In this document: positions 34,581 to 48,629 of the stretch, in pieces | Position numbering within the stretch: the first letter of the stretch is position 1 | Layout: each line of letters opens with the position of its first letter | From: Haliotis rufescens | Lineage: Eukaryota | Length of the DNA stretch: 64,000 nt | Direction of reading: 5' to 3' | Assembly: GCF_023055435.1 (NCBI RefSeq) | Contig: NW_025963802.1 | Coordinates: forward strand, 2,480,001 to 2,544,000 | Program-made: the position numbers and the translations under genes | The notes under the pieces: generated by a model | Told to the model about the DNA's origin: nothing | The model's database searches: none | Seen by the model: the letters and a program-made list of their open reading frames with translations, nothing else

Positions 34581-36704
34581 ATGACCTCCTCGCCAGTGTC
34601 CCGGATGAACATGCTTTGCCTTGATAGTCCTGATCACGTGACACTGGGTCTTCTGGGTATTCACGAAGATGCTGGTGAATTGCCTCGTAACCTCACTTTC
34701 GACGACGATGATGACTCACGTGACAGCGGTTTCGAATCTCACGGGAGTGATACTGAGGTAAATGTCCCGACAGTGTTGCTATTTCCACAGAACAACATAC
34801 CATGCTTTTAGTGTTCAGCAGATGTGGGTAAACACGTGATACTCGTAGATTTATTTACCAGGACCTGAACAGACATTGCACCTTCACAATACATCGTAAT
34901 ATTTCCTAATATATGATACTGGGGACTCCGGGTTAGATTATGCCCCCAACAACCTATTCTGGTCTTAGGAGGCAACGAAATTGGATCGATGATCAGACTC
35001 GATGATTTGGCTGAATGCGTCATCATATCCCGACGGCGTGTATTGTTCCTCAACTTTTAATTCACTGGATTGTCTGGTTTATAGTCCGCCGTCAAATAGC
35101 TGGAATAATTCTGAGTGCGACCCTGAACAGTAAACAAACAAAACACATTTCCTATTAAAAGTATGAAGATATTTGCTATCTCTTTTTTTAGGGATCTCCA
35201 CTCAACTGTTTTCTGTCGAGTAGAACAATCACCGACTTCAGTTCAGTCAGAAAATCTTTATTCTCATCAAAACGACCACATGATGAGGATGAAAGTCCTG
35301 TGACAAAAAGATCCAGATTGGATGAAGTCACGGAGCATCAGGGAGAGCTATGTATTTCTGAATCCCCCGAATCCATGAAATCAGCAGTGGATAAGATGGA
35401 GGCGGAAATCAACCTGATTGGCGATGGCTCAGAGGTAATAATTTATGTATGGCAAATATTAATAAACCACACACGTGTTTACACACTATTCGTTGCTCGT
35501 TCACGACTTATTCATATTTTGAAATTAATCTGAAATGGTCTACAGGAGATGACTTTCATTAATTTCGGTTTATCATGTTTCATTGCATACTCAAGTCATT
35601 ATTTGTTATCCAGTGCCACAGACTCCCGACCATCACAGGCCGACACAAGGATCTCAAGTCAGTGTCTCCACGCACAGCCAGTCACCTTCTGACAGGCAAA
35701 TACAATGACGTCATTTCCGGGTACCAGATCATCGACTGTCGATACCCGTATGAATATGAGGGTGGTCATATTGAGGTAAATAAAAGTTATTTGTTGATGT
35801 TTAAGACGGCAATGATGCAATGTCCGTACAAATCATAAATATTCATAATAGCGTTCACAAGACATTTTGTACATATTTTCATTCCTATGATCATGGTTCT
35901 TACAGGGTGCCATAAATCTCCACAACGAGGCTCAAATCAAGGAGTTAGTCACCAGCCTACGGGGGAGGGAGTCGAATCAGCGGAACATCCTCGTCTTCCA
36001 CTGTGAATTCTCGTCAGAGAGAGCACCCAAACTGTAAGTCGTGGTACCCCTTTTGAAACATTCTTTTTCATTAAACACTGACGGGTAATGTTTAACTGGT
36101 TAAAGATGTCCTCGATTTTTGACCAAACCCAGGCATGGAACTAAGACTTAAAATAGTTTATAGTCGATATATAGTTTTATGCTATTATACACAGTTCATA
36201 CCAAGATGTTCCTCAACTGATGCAAACATTCTTAAACCCAGATTACGCCATTTGCGGAGTTTAGACCGGAAGTTGAACAGTGACCGCTACCCGTTCCTCT
36301 TCTACCCGGAAGTGTATCTGCTGGATGGCGGTTACAAGGCCTTCTATGAACAACATCAGGTGCGTTCACATTTCACTTACAGACAATTTTAATCATTGTC
36401 ATTATGTCAGTGAAACTTAGAAACAGCATATGTATAGTTCTTTATCTGATTAATACATCACGTATTTCACAAAGCTGTTTTTAAAAAAGAGGTTGCAGTG
36501 AAATTCCATTACGCACAATGTTCCTTCTTCTTTCAGCGCCAGTGTCAACCAAACACTTACATTCCCATGCTACACCCAGACTACGCCAGCCAACTACGTC
36601 ACTTCCGGTCCAAGTCCAAGTCGAACAAGACCACAAAAAACAGATACTTGCGGAGTCAATGTTTAGAAATTGATGTTTCACCACTTAAATTTTCACTCTT
36701 GTAA
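34581..36704 (+). CDS. CDC25: Cdc25 (M-phase inducer) phosphatase, copy 1, intact, 331 aa
   Basis: Exons 34581-34757, 35192-35434, 35614-35775, 35906-36033, 36242-36359 and 36537-36704 total 996 nt with GT-AG boundaries. Motifs: [25 protein letters not shown], catalytic [26 protein letters not shown] and CQPNTYIPM. Confidence 0.95.
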
Positions 36705-38839
36705 TACCGACATCACTTAAAGATCACTTTTGACATTGTTGATATTTATACATTGTTATGTATCTTTATTTGTTGATCGTTCTCTGCATTTTAGTGCTGA
36801 TTGTCTATGTTGTCTAAAACCGAAATAAAAAGTATACTTGTATGCATATATTTCTTCTTTTCCCAAGCGTTCCAGCTATCAATAGTCAATATGCAATCTG
36901 TCTTTAGGACGTTTGTACAACAAATACTTGAGGTACCATTTATAACATTTCTGACGTAAATTGATGCATCAGTGACAAACATGATGCAATTCCTTATCTT
37001 GATTTGTACCATATGTTAACGTGTTGTTTTCAGGTGAACAAATGACTTGCCTTGACATGTGTTTGTGACAGATGTCACTGGTGGGGCAGGATACGAATCT
37101 CTTTTAGCAAACAACTGGTGTCATCACTATTTGATAGTTAAACACATGCTCATGATATAGTCGGAATCGTACAATCGACTCTGCTTTTGGCAGAGATTTC
37201 TTATAGTTTGTCACTTGTATTTATCTAAAATGGGATAGACAAAGCGTTAAGTGCTCAATTTATCATATAATTCGAATTGATTAACAGCAAAATGATTGAC
37301 ACTTTCCTGACCAAACCACTTCCTCGATACTTCATACTTTATTGACTAAACGTGACGGGAAATACCAAATACAAATAAATTGTTAATGCAAGAGAATAAT
37401 CAGTCTAGATAAATGTTAAACTTACTTGCTAAAACCAAGCAGAAGACTAATATATGCCTGGCGTGATACAATGGCGTGTAATGCATTACATATCTAATCA
37501 GCCGTTCATAACATTCCGCGTGACGTCATTACTCATTTTCACTGATCCAGTCATATAATTTTCACCGCTATTTTGTTTTTTTACGCCCAACACCATATCC
37601 GCGCTTGTAGGTTTCACCAAAGTGGTTAACGTCTGTGACCTGTATTACCTCGAACTTTCCTCCCACATCAAGTTGACTCGTCTTGATATAGCTGGAATAC
37701 TGTTAAAAGCTCACAGATTCACCATCTACAAAATCAGCACCAATAAACTTAGCATTGAATTATTCCGCCAGATGTGATGACAGTGGAGAGGGTGACAGTA
37801 ATGATGGCATACGTGAAGTATTCAATTCTCTCCAGGGAAATACCAAATTCTCCTAATTTCTTGATCAATGTTTTTCCAGATCACCCATGAACACCTACCC
37901 AAGTATACAGTTACTCTGGAAGTGCCCCATTTCGCCGACTTGATAGTCTAACACTGTCTACCCACAGTAAACTTTCTTTTCGAGTTCTGGTACATACCTA
38001 CCTGTGACATGTCCCTGGCCAAAGGCAATTCCCTGTGTGTTGGTAGTGTCTGTACTTGCTTCCAGATGACATTCTGCTTTGATCACAGATTCACTGAAGA
38101 CAAAATATTTGAAAAAGTATTAATGACACATTTTTACTATTCTTTTACTCTCAGTCTGACAGTGCACAGTTATACATTTTCAAACGTCAAATGCTGTCAG
38201 TTATCACGAATAGGAATTAAAACTTATCTAGAATGCGAAGTTCAGTGCTCAAGGTCGGCGAATATTAGGGAAAGTCGTTATTTTATTTATAAGTTCGTAG
38301 TTTATCATTGTCAGCAATGCATGTATGTAAAACTAAGCATGAAAGACTCTCTCTCCTTGTTGTCCTATTATCAGTGAAATGAAATATATTACGTCAACGC
38401 TAGAGAACAATTTAATCAGTCTATTGTCTGTCAAAACAGATTCCACTGCAAAGCCTTAACAATCAGGTTCCAAGTTGGCGTATGAAGAAGACATGGCTTG
38501 ATTCATCAGCACACTCTAGTCTGAAAAACAAAACCTGTCTGATACTTTAAATCACGTACAAAGCACACTATTGTCTCTCATTTTCTACAGTGTGTCATTC
38601 TAAAACTTCTCTATACATCCTCTGCTCCTTTTGCATCCTTTAGTCAAGGATGATGTTCACAGAGGCATGGAAACTACAAATAATAACACAAAGAAAACAT
38701 GTTGAATAAAAATGTTCAATGTAAGAATAAGTCGTCAACTGCAACATATGGAAAAATAAATCTAGAAAATAAATCTCCTTATAAGCGGTAAATATCAAGG
38801 TTGAATAATTATCATCTCATATTTCGCCACTGTGTCATT

Positions 38840-39026
38840 AGTGAGTGAGTGAGTATGGTTTTACGCCACTTTTAGCAATATTCCAGCAATATCACGGCGG
38901 GGGGGGGGGGGGGGGGGGGGGGGGGGGCGCACCGGAAATGGGCTTCACACATTGTACCCATGTGTGGAATCGAACCCGAGATTTCGGCGTGACGAGCGAA
39001 CGCTTCAACCACTAGGCTACCCGACC
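38840..39026 (-). mobile_element. SINE family A with an expanded poly-G tract
   Basis: TSD GCCACTGTGTCATTA; G-run at about 38899-38927. Confidence 0.9.
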
Positions 39027-40864
39027 GCCACTGTGTCATTAAGTAACACACAGCACGACTGTAGTCAGTATACAGCATCACTAAGTACTGTAGCAAACAG
39101 AACAATCAAATGTATGGACCAGCAACTTACGACATTCACTATAATATGATATTACTTGGCTAGAAAATATCAAGTGAGCCAAAATGCATAAACAAATGTC
39201 TAATGCGTTGTGTTTTGGTGTTGCACAAACGTGGTTAACGTCTCCGTCTGCAGTTCAGGATGTTTCTTCCACAGTGAGCTGACACGCCGGGAAAATGAAA
39301 ATACCGTTAAAACCAGCGTAAACTTCAACTCATTCTAATGCGTAGTTTTTCAATATGATGTTATTTACGTGTCACGATTCGTCTTTAATTTTTAGTTGTC
39401 CCTATTGGTGCCATTTCTTGACCAACCCCGTTATTTCGTTAAGCATGTCACGAAATGAGCTAGTAATAGATCATAAGCGTTCATGTGATAAGTGTAACGT
39501 ATGTATATTTTATTTATTTCAATGCCCCTAATCAAAAAATACTAGAGGATATCTACAAATACATGCTTCTTCCAAATCAAATTAACTTTCCTGTTGACCC
39601 AAATAAGACCTGGTGCCATTACAAATAAAGTGTAGCCCATTATGAAGGGAATGTGTCGATGCTCTGCGCCATCATTGTCTTGTATAACTATTGTCCTGTA
39701 TAATTTATTTTCACCAAGAACGTCTAGTTGGAGATATAATAGCTATATCGTTAGAAATAACTAAAGATATATGTAGTCCTGATGTTATGGGTCGGTGCTC
39801 ATGCTTTCGACCACTGGTTTCCCGGTTCTTATACACCAGAGGTTTTAATTTAACCTCGTTTTTTTGTGATGCCATTCTTGACCATCCCCGCTAGAAATAG
39901 ATCATAAGCGTTCAGGTGAATACTGTAAATATGTCAATGCCCCGTGTCAACAAATACAAAAGGACATTTTCAAGTACTTGCTTCGTCCAAATCACATTGA
40001 CGTTCCTGTTGACCCAAATAAGATCTAGTTTGTTAGTAAACAACACTTATAATATTTAAGTGTTGTTAACTACATAATCTGTGCACCAATCTTTGTAGAT
40101 TATTACACATTGTCACCTGTGTACCTTTCTATGGCCCCATCAGCCACCACCTCTGTCTTCCTCGCTTGTCCTACACAAATAATGTAACGAGCTGTACACT
40201 GGGTATGTCTAATTTATACCTCTTATCTAATATACCTGTATTCCAACATCAATTATCGGTTTATTTGATACCCCGCCTGGATTATCGCTTGGCGATAATC
40301 TCCTCTCATCCCCGTGTAGAAACACTGGACACACAAGCCATCACCGTCTCTCCCCAAGCTGGAGCGCTGGTAACCCACGAGGTGTTAGCTTCCTATAATT
40401 GCTCTGTTTTAGACTGGATTTGTTGTTACAGACTTTCAGTGGCTGTTTAACTCCTAATAAAGTAATTAGCCAGAAGTGTTAACGGTAGTGTGCAATAGTT
40501 GTAAAGTAGTTTGTATATGTAATCAGGTCATTGATAGTGTATAGGTATATATACAGTATGGGAGGCTGCAGGGGACATCATTAACTAGCTACGGTTGTAT
40601 CTGACACAGGGGCAGTCACTACAAGAAAACTCACACTTTTTGTCAAACAGGAAGACAGAAACTACAGGTAAGGATTCATCTTTATTGAAGACGTTGTAAT
40701 GTTTCACCAACAGTCAGATCATGGCTGTTAAATACCTTCAACACATCACTTACGTTTCTGAAATGCAGTCCCAGCTTTATTGTTACCTCTATTTTGTATC
40801 TTCATTTATCAATATGAAATAAGACTCAATGTCATAACAATGTAATTATTATTTTCAGTTTAAA

Positions 40865-42950
40865 ATGACCCCCTCGCCTCCTTGCCTTGATAGTCCTGAT
40901 CACGTGACATTAGGTACTCTGGGTATTCACGAAGATGCTGGCGTTTTGCCTCGTAGCCTCACTTTCGACGACGACGATGATGACTCACGTGACAGCGGTT
41001 TCGAATCTCACGGGAGTGATACTGAGGTAAATGTCCCGACAGTGTTGCTATTTCCACAGAACAACATACCATGCTTTTAGTGTTCACCAATTGTGGGTAA
41101 ACACGTGATACTCATAGATATATCTACCAGGACCTGAACAGACAATGCACCTTCACAATGCATCGTAATATTTCCTAATATATGATCCTTGGGACTCCGG
41201 GTTAGATTAGGCCCCCAACAACCTATCCTGGTCTTAGGAGGCGACCAAAATTGATCGATGATCAGACGCCGTGACTTTGCGTCATCATACCACGACGGCG
41301 TGTATCGTGCCTCATGTTGTCATTCACGGGATTGTCTGGCCCTGATTCGTTTATTTTCAGGCCGCCTTCATAATGCTGGAATAATTCTGAGTGTCACGTT
41401 AACAAACACAATACATTTTCTATTACATGTATCAAGATATTTGCTATCTCTTTTCAGGGATCTCCGCTCAACTGTTTTCTGTCGAGTAGAACAATCACCG
41501 ACTTCAGTTCAGTTCGAAAATCTTTATTCTCATTAAAACGACCACATGATGAGGATGGAAGTCCTGTGACAAAGAGATCTAGATTGGATGAAGTCACGGA
41601 GCATCAGGGAGAGCTATGTATTTCTGAATCCCCCGAACCCATGAAATCAGCGGTGGATAAGATGGAGGCGGAAATCAACCTGATTGGCGATGGCTCAGAG
41701 GTAATAATTTATGTATGGCAAATATTAATAAACCACACACGTGTCTACACACTACTCGTTGCTCGTTCACGACTTATTCATATTTTGAAATTAATCTGAA
41801 ATGGTCTACAGGAGAAGACTTTCATTAATTTCGGTTTATCACGTTTCATTGCATAATGAAGTCAATTTTTGCCATCCAGTGCCACAGACTCCCGACCATC
41901 ACAGGCCGACACAAGGATCTCAAGTCTGTGTCTCCACGCACAGTCAATCACCTTCTGACGGGCAAATACAATGACGTCATTTCCGGGTACCAGATCATCG
42001 ACTGTCGATACCTGTATGAATATGAGGGTGGTCATATTGAGGTAAATAAAAGTTGATGATTAAGACGAGAATGATATAATGACTAATCTGTAACGATCCT
42101 AAATATATTCTAACAGCGTTCACAAGACATTTTGTATATATTTTCATTCCTATGATTATGGTTCTTACAGGGTGCCATAAATCTCCACAACGAGGCTCAA
42201 ATCAAGGAGTTAGTCACCAGCCTACGGGGGAGGGAGTCGACTGAACGGAACATCCTCGTCTTCCACTGAGAATTCTCGTCAGAGAGAGCACCCAAATTGT
42301 AAGTCGTGGTACCTCTTTTGAAACATTCTTTTTCATTAAACACTGACGAGTAATGTTTAACTGGTTAAAGATGTCCTCGATTCTTGACAAAACCAAGGCA
42401 TGGAACTAAGACTTAAAATAGTTCATAGTCGATATATAGTTTTATGCTATTATACACAGTTCATACCAAGATGTTACTCAACTGATGCAAACATTCTTAA
42501 CCCAGATTACGCCATCTGCGGAGTTTAGACCGGAAGTTGAACTGTGACCGCTACCCGTTCCTCTTCTACCCGGAAGTGTATCTGCTGGATGGCGGTTACA
42601 AGGTCTTCTATGAACAACATCAGGTGCGTTCACATTTCACAAAGAGACAACTATTTTCATTATGTCAGTGAAACTTAGAAACTGCATATGTATAGTTCTT
42701 CATCTGATTAATACATCACGTATTTCACAAAGCTGTATTTGAAAAAGAGGTTGCAGTGAAATTCCATTACTGACAATGTTCCTCCTTCTTTCAGCGCCAG
42801 TGTCAACCAAACATCTACATTCCCATGCTACACCTGGACTACGCCAGTCAGCTACGCAAGTCCAAGTCGAACAAGACTATGAAAAACAGATACTTGCGGA
42901 GTCGATGTTTAGAAATTGATGTCTCACCACTTAAATTTTCACTCTTTTAA
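40865..42950 (+). pseudogene. CDC25: Cdc25 copy 2: open frame except TGA at the catalytic Cys codon (probable pseudogene; recoding not excluded)
   Basis: Exons 40865-41026, 41458-41700, 41880-42041, 42171-42298, 42506-42623 and 42795-42950 have intact splice sites. The active site reads CAC TGA GAA TTC at 42264-42275. There are in-frame indels of -18, +3 and -12 nt, and DCRYP is changed to DCRYL. Confidence 0.85.
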
Positions 42951-45127
42951 TACCGACATCACTTAAAGATCACTTTTGACTTTGTTGATATTTATACATT
43001 GTTATGTATCTTTATTTGTTGACCGTTCTCTGCATTTCAGTGCTGATTGTCTATGTTGTCTGAAACCGAAATAAAAAGTATACTTGTATGCATATATTTC
43101 TTCTTTTCATAAGCGTTCCAGCTATCAATTGTTAACATGCAATCTGTCGTTGGGACGTTTGTACAACAAATACTTCAGGTACCATTTATAACATTTCTGA
43201 CGTAAATTGATGCATCAGTGACAAACATGATGTCCGATGCAATTCCTTATCTTGATTTGTACCATATGTTAACGTGTTGTTTTTTCAGGTGAACAAATGA
43301 CTTGCCTTTACATGTGTTTGTGACAGATGTCACTGGTGGGGCAGGATACGAATCTCTTTTAGCAAACAACTGGTGTCATCACTATTTGATAGTTAAACAC
43401 ATGCTCATGATATAGTCGGAATCGTACAATCGACTCTGCTTTTGGCAGAGATTTCTTATAGTTTGTCACTTGTATTTATCTAAAATGGGATAGACAAAAC
43501 ATTTAACAACCGTCGTTTAGTGCTCAATTTATCCTATAATTCAAATTGATTAACAGCAAAATGATTGACACTTTCTTGACCAAACCAATTCCTCGATAAT
43601 TCATACTTTATTGACTAAACGTGACGGGAAATACCAAATACAAATAAATTGTTAATGCAAGGGAATAATCAGTCTAGATAAATGTTAATTTTACTTGATA
43701 AAACCAAACAGAAGACTAATATTTCCCTGACATGATAGAACGGTATGTAATGCATTACACATCTAATCAGCCGTTTATGATATTCAGCTTGGCGTCATTA
43801 CTCATTTTCAGTAACCCAGTCATATAATTTTCACCGCTATTTTGGTTTTTACGCCCAACACCATATCCGTGCTTGTAGGTTTCACCAAAGTGGTTAACGT
43901 CTATGGTCTGTATTACCTCGAGCTTTCCTCCCACATTTAGCTGACTCGAAGTGATACAGTGGGAATACTGTAAAACGCGGCGTCCAGCCAAACTCACAGA
44001 CTCACCATCTTTAAAACCAGCTCCAATACAGCATTGAATTATTCCGCCAGATGTTATGACAGTGGAGAGGGTGACAGTAATGATGGCATACGTCAACTAT
44101 TCAATTCTCTCCAGGGAAATTCCAAATTCTGATTTCTGAATCGAAGTTTTCCCAGATCACCCATGGATGCCTACCCAAGTATACCGTCTCTCTGAAGGGT
44201 GTCCCATTTCGCCGACTTGATAGTCTAACACTGTCTACCCACACTAAGCATTCTTTTCGAGTTCTGGTACATACCTACCTGTGACATATCCTTGGCCAAG
44301 GCAAATCCCTGTGTGTTGGTAGTGTCTGTACTTGCTTTCAGATGACATTCTGCTTGGATCACAGATTCACTGAAGACAAAATATGTGAAAAAGTGTTAAT
44401 GACACTTTTTTACTATTCTTTTACTTTCAATCTGACAGTGCACAGTTATAAATTTTCAAAAGTCAACTGCTGTCAATTCAGTGCTCAAGGTCGGCGAATA
44501 TTAGGGAAAGTCGTTAATTTATTTAAAAGTTATTACTTTCTAAAATTCAAATGTATTTCGAAACTGTAGTTTCTCATTGTCAGCAATGCATGTATGTAAA
44601 ACTAAGCATGAAATACTCTCTCTCCTTGTTGTCCTATTATCAGTGAAATGAAATATATAACGTCAACGCTAGAGAACAGTCAGTCTATATTGCCTGTCAA
44701 AACAGATTCCACGGCAAAGCCTTAATAATCAGGTTCCAAGTTGGCGTATGAAGAAGACATGGCTTGATTCATCAGCACACTCTAGTCTGAAAAACAAAAC
44801 CTGTCTGATACTTTAAATCACGTACAAAGCACACTACTGTCTCTCATTTTCTACAGTGTGTCATTCTAAAACTTCTCTATACATCCTCTGCTCCTTTTGA
44901 ATCCTTTAGTCAAGAATGATGTTCACAAAGGCATCGAAACTATAAATAATAACACAAAGAAAACATGTTGAATAAAAATGTTCAATGTGAGAATAAGTCG
45001 TCAACTGCAACATATGGAAAAATAAATCTAAAAAATAAATCTAGTCAACATGAATGTACCTCCTCCTTATAAGCGTAAATATCAAGGTTGAATAATTATC
45101 ATCTCATATTTCGCCACTGTGTCATTA

Positions 45128-45294
45128 GTGAGTGATTGATTATGGTTTTACGCCACTTTTAGCAATATTCCAGCAATATCACGGCGGTGGGACACCAGAA
45201 ATGGGCTTCACACATTGTACCCATGTCGGGAATCGAACCCGGGTCTTCGGCGTGACGAGCGAACGTTTTAACCACTAGGCTACCCGACCGCCCC
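45128..45294 (-). mobile_element. SINE family A, same insertion site as 38840-39026 in the duplicated unit
   Basis: Same TSD (CCACTGTGTCATTA) and orientation. Confidence 0.9.
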
Positions 45295-46572
45295 ACTGTG
45301 TCATTAAGTAACACACAGCACGACTGTAGTCAGTATACAGCATCACTAAGTACTGTAGCAAACAGAACAATCAAATGTATGGACCAGCAACTTACGACAT
45401 TCACTATAATACGATATTACTTGGCTAGAAAATATCAAGTAAGCCAAAACGCATAAACAAATGTCTGATGCGTTGTGTTTTGGGGTTGCACCAACGTGGT
45501 TAACGTCTCCGTCTGCAACACTCAGGATGTTTCTTCCACAGTGAGCTGAAACACCGTTCAAACCAGCGTTAACTTCAACTCATTCTAATGCGTAGTTTTC
45601 CAATTTGATGTTATTTTCGTGCCACCATTCGTCTTTAATTTTTAGTTGTCCCTTTTGGTGCCATTTCTTGACCAACCCCGTTATTTCGTTAAGCATGTCG
45701 CGAAATGAGCTAGTAATAGATCATAAGCGTTCAGGTGATAAGTGTAACATCTGTATATTTTATTTATTTCAGTGCCCCGTGTCAACAAATACTAGAGGAT
45801 ATCTACAAAGACCTGCTTCGTCCAAATCAAATTAACTTTCCTGTTGACCCAAATAAGACCTGGTGCCATTACAAATGAAGTGTAGCCCATTATGAAGGGA
45901 CTGTGTCGATGCTCTGCGCCATCATTGTCTTGTATAACTATTTTCTGTATAATTTATTTTCACCAAGAACGTCTAGTTGGAGATATAATAGCTATATCGT
46001 AAGAAATAACTAAAGATATATGTAGTCCTGATGTTATGGGTCGGTGCTCATGTTCTCGACCACTGGTTTCCCGGGGTTTTTTTTATACACCAGAGGTTTT
46101 AATTTAACCTCTGTTTTTTTAGGGAAATGGAAATGTTACAGAAAAGATACATTTGGAAATATTAAAATCCGTTCATGAATTTACATCAGCATCTGGCAAT
46201 TTTACATATTTTGTCTAACTGCAAACTATCGTTTAATCTCTCATGTATCGGATTTCTGCTTACTTTCTTTTACTTCAGAGTGGACAACTGTTAATACAAA
46301 ATAACTACGTTATTATTTTCCCTTGACTGCACAATACAACTGTATGACTGTATGACATTGTATGACATCTGGGGCGGTATTGATACAAGTCTTGTTTACC
46401 AATCCAGCTTCTTACATGTCATGAAATAGATATATTTAAAACACATATTTACACTGGTCTGGTCGCCAACATGCTTCCATTCATTGCTCATTTCGCTTTA
46501 TTTAACGTGTATATTATGTGTATTATTGTTGAAAATAATCTTTAGACTACATGTTTAATATTATATCTAATA

Positions 46573-48066
46573 TACTGAACAACAAAAGTTCCTGTGACAT
46601 TGAATAAGATTTAATGCAAAGTTACGTTTTTTTACCAAATCTGAAACAATTTCGGTTTACAACAGATAAAAGACTCCTGAAAGTGTTCAAATGATTTAAT
46701 TTGCCATACTGACTTCAGAAAATGCGTGATTTCCTTAAAAAAAAAAATGAACATGCCAAAATGTCAATTTACAAATCAATTGCGTGTGTGTCCACCTCTG
46801 GTTGCGATGCAAGCAACACATCTTCGTATCATGGAATGGACCAGGCGTCGCACAAAGTCCTGTGGGATATCTGTCCATATCTGCTGGAGCATGTTTCGAA
46901 GTTACTGGAGTGTCTGTGGAACACGTGGTTGACGTCGAAGGCGCCGATCCATCTCATCCCACATGTGCTCGATTGGTGAGAGATCAGGCGAACGAGCCAG
47001 CCAGAGGATGACATTCACGTTGTTTTGTTGAAGAGAATCCTGAACAAGTAGAGCATTGACATTTTGAAAGGAAATGCCTTGGCCATCACGACGCAAAAAA
47101 CAGTAGAACAACAGGGCCGATGATCTCGTCGCGGTAGCGCTGTCCGTTGAGATTTCCCTCTACCACTATCAAACAGGTCCTCTGTCTTACTGTAATCCCA
47201 CCCCATACCATAACGCTGCCGCCCCCGAACTGATCTTCTTCCATGACACAATGATTGACGAAACGTTCACCTCGACGTCGGTACACTCGAATCCGTCCAT
47301 CGCTTTGGCTGAGGTGAAAACGAGACTCGTCAGTGAATAGAACTTGTCCCCACTGCATGGCCGTCCAGCGTAGGCGCTGTCTGCACCACTGTAGACGTGC
47401 TTGATGGTGGTTTCCTGTCAAAATGGGACGTCTGGCGGGTCTTCTGTCGACAATCCCTGCACATCTGAGGCGACGACGTACGGTTTGTGAAGATATTCGT
47501 CGAAGGCCAGGGATGCTTCTTGCAGTCACTGTTGCTGGCTGGAATCGATTTCGTAGGTGTGTTGTTCGAATCCAGTTGTCTTGTAGATTATTGGTTACGC
47601 GTGGCCTGCCACTCCGAGGATTGTCTCTGACTGCATTCGTCTGTTGCCAACGTTGCCATAAACACCAAATGGTGTTTCTGTGGACGTTAAATTGTCATGC
47701 TCGTTGGCTCGATCCTGCTTCAAGCATACCAATGGCTCGCAGACGCTCATTTTCGGACAGGCGTGGCATTTCGTAATGTATAAAAATTGCTTAATTTTGT
47801 TGTTGTTTTCTGACTGGTTGTCAGCACGATGCTAAACAATGCACATGGAATCCCGTTAACGCACATGTTTTTATACCCATTCTTGGGTAGTGAAATACAT
47901 GGGGCTTGTATAAAAGTCAACTGTTGCATGGAATGCATGCTTTTCTGTAGCAGTTGCGTTTTTGTGACTTGATGCCATACATGTACTACAATATTGAAAA
48001 CCAAACTTTACTTGTTTGAAAAATACACTAAAATATTGGTGTCACAGGAACTTTTGTTGTTGAGTA
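46573..48066 (-). mobile_element. Tc1/mariner transposon, second copy, defective
   Basis: Same TIRs and TA TSD as 29485-30989. It has frameshifts, a deletion removing the DNARPH catalytic segment, and a premature stop near 46902. Confidence 0.95.
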
Positions 48067-48629
48067 TATATTTAGCCATTTAAGGCTACCCCTTACATCA
48101 GTTTCCACCTATACTTCCATGTGACATTTCATTATTTTCCGTCTTTGACTTCATTTACGTAGTTTTGAATAAAAAGGCTTATGTTTCTCACGTTTCAATA
48201 TATGTATTTGTATGAACAAAGTTTCTTTCTCCGTTAAGAATTGTATACTGCTTTGCTTGGTCCAATCTGCATGGATAGACAAAGCGTGTAATCTTTTATG
48301 TATGTCTATTTACATAGATTGTGACCCAATCACGTTAAACAAGTAACCAATCAATCAGACCTACAGATAACTGCATGTTGCCCGCGTTGTGTCTTTAGTG
48401 TGGCACTTTCCCAACACAAACGATTATACCGAAGTGCCTGATGTTATTCTTCAACGTCACATTATAAATATGTATATATATATTTGGAAAAAGCACAGTA
48501 AAGTTCTAACTCTCAGGTACAATATAGTAATAATTAAATAAGTGGAGTAAGATTGAACACAGTTTCAATTGGCTTGCTCTTTGTTTGGTCTAGTTTGTTT
48601 GTACAAACCACACTTAAAATATTGATACT

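Noticed and set aside
43296-43348. SECIS-like ATGA...GA hairpin downstream of Cdc25 copy 2
   Set aside because: The stem register consumes the G of the GA quartet, there is no apical AA, it lies beyond the AATAAA at about 43069, and it is equally present after the Cys-encoding copy 1.
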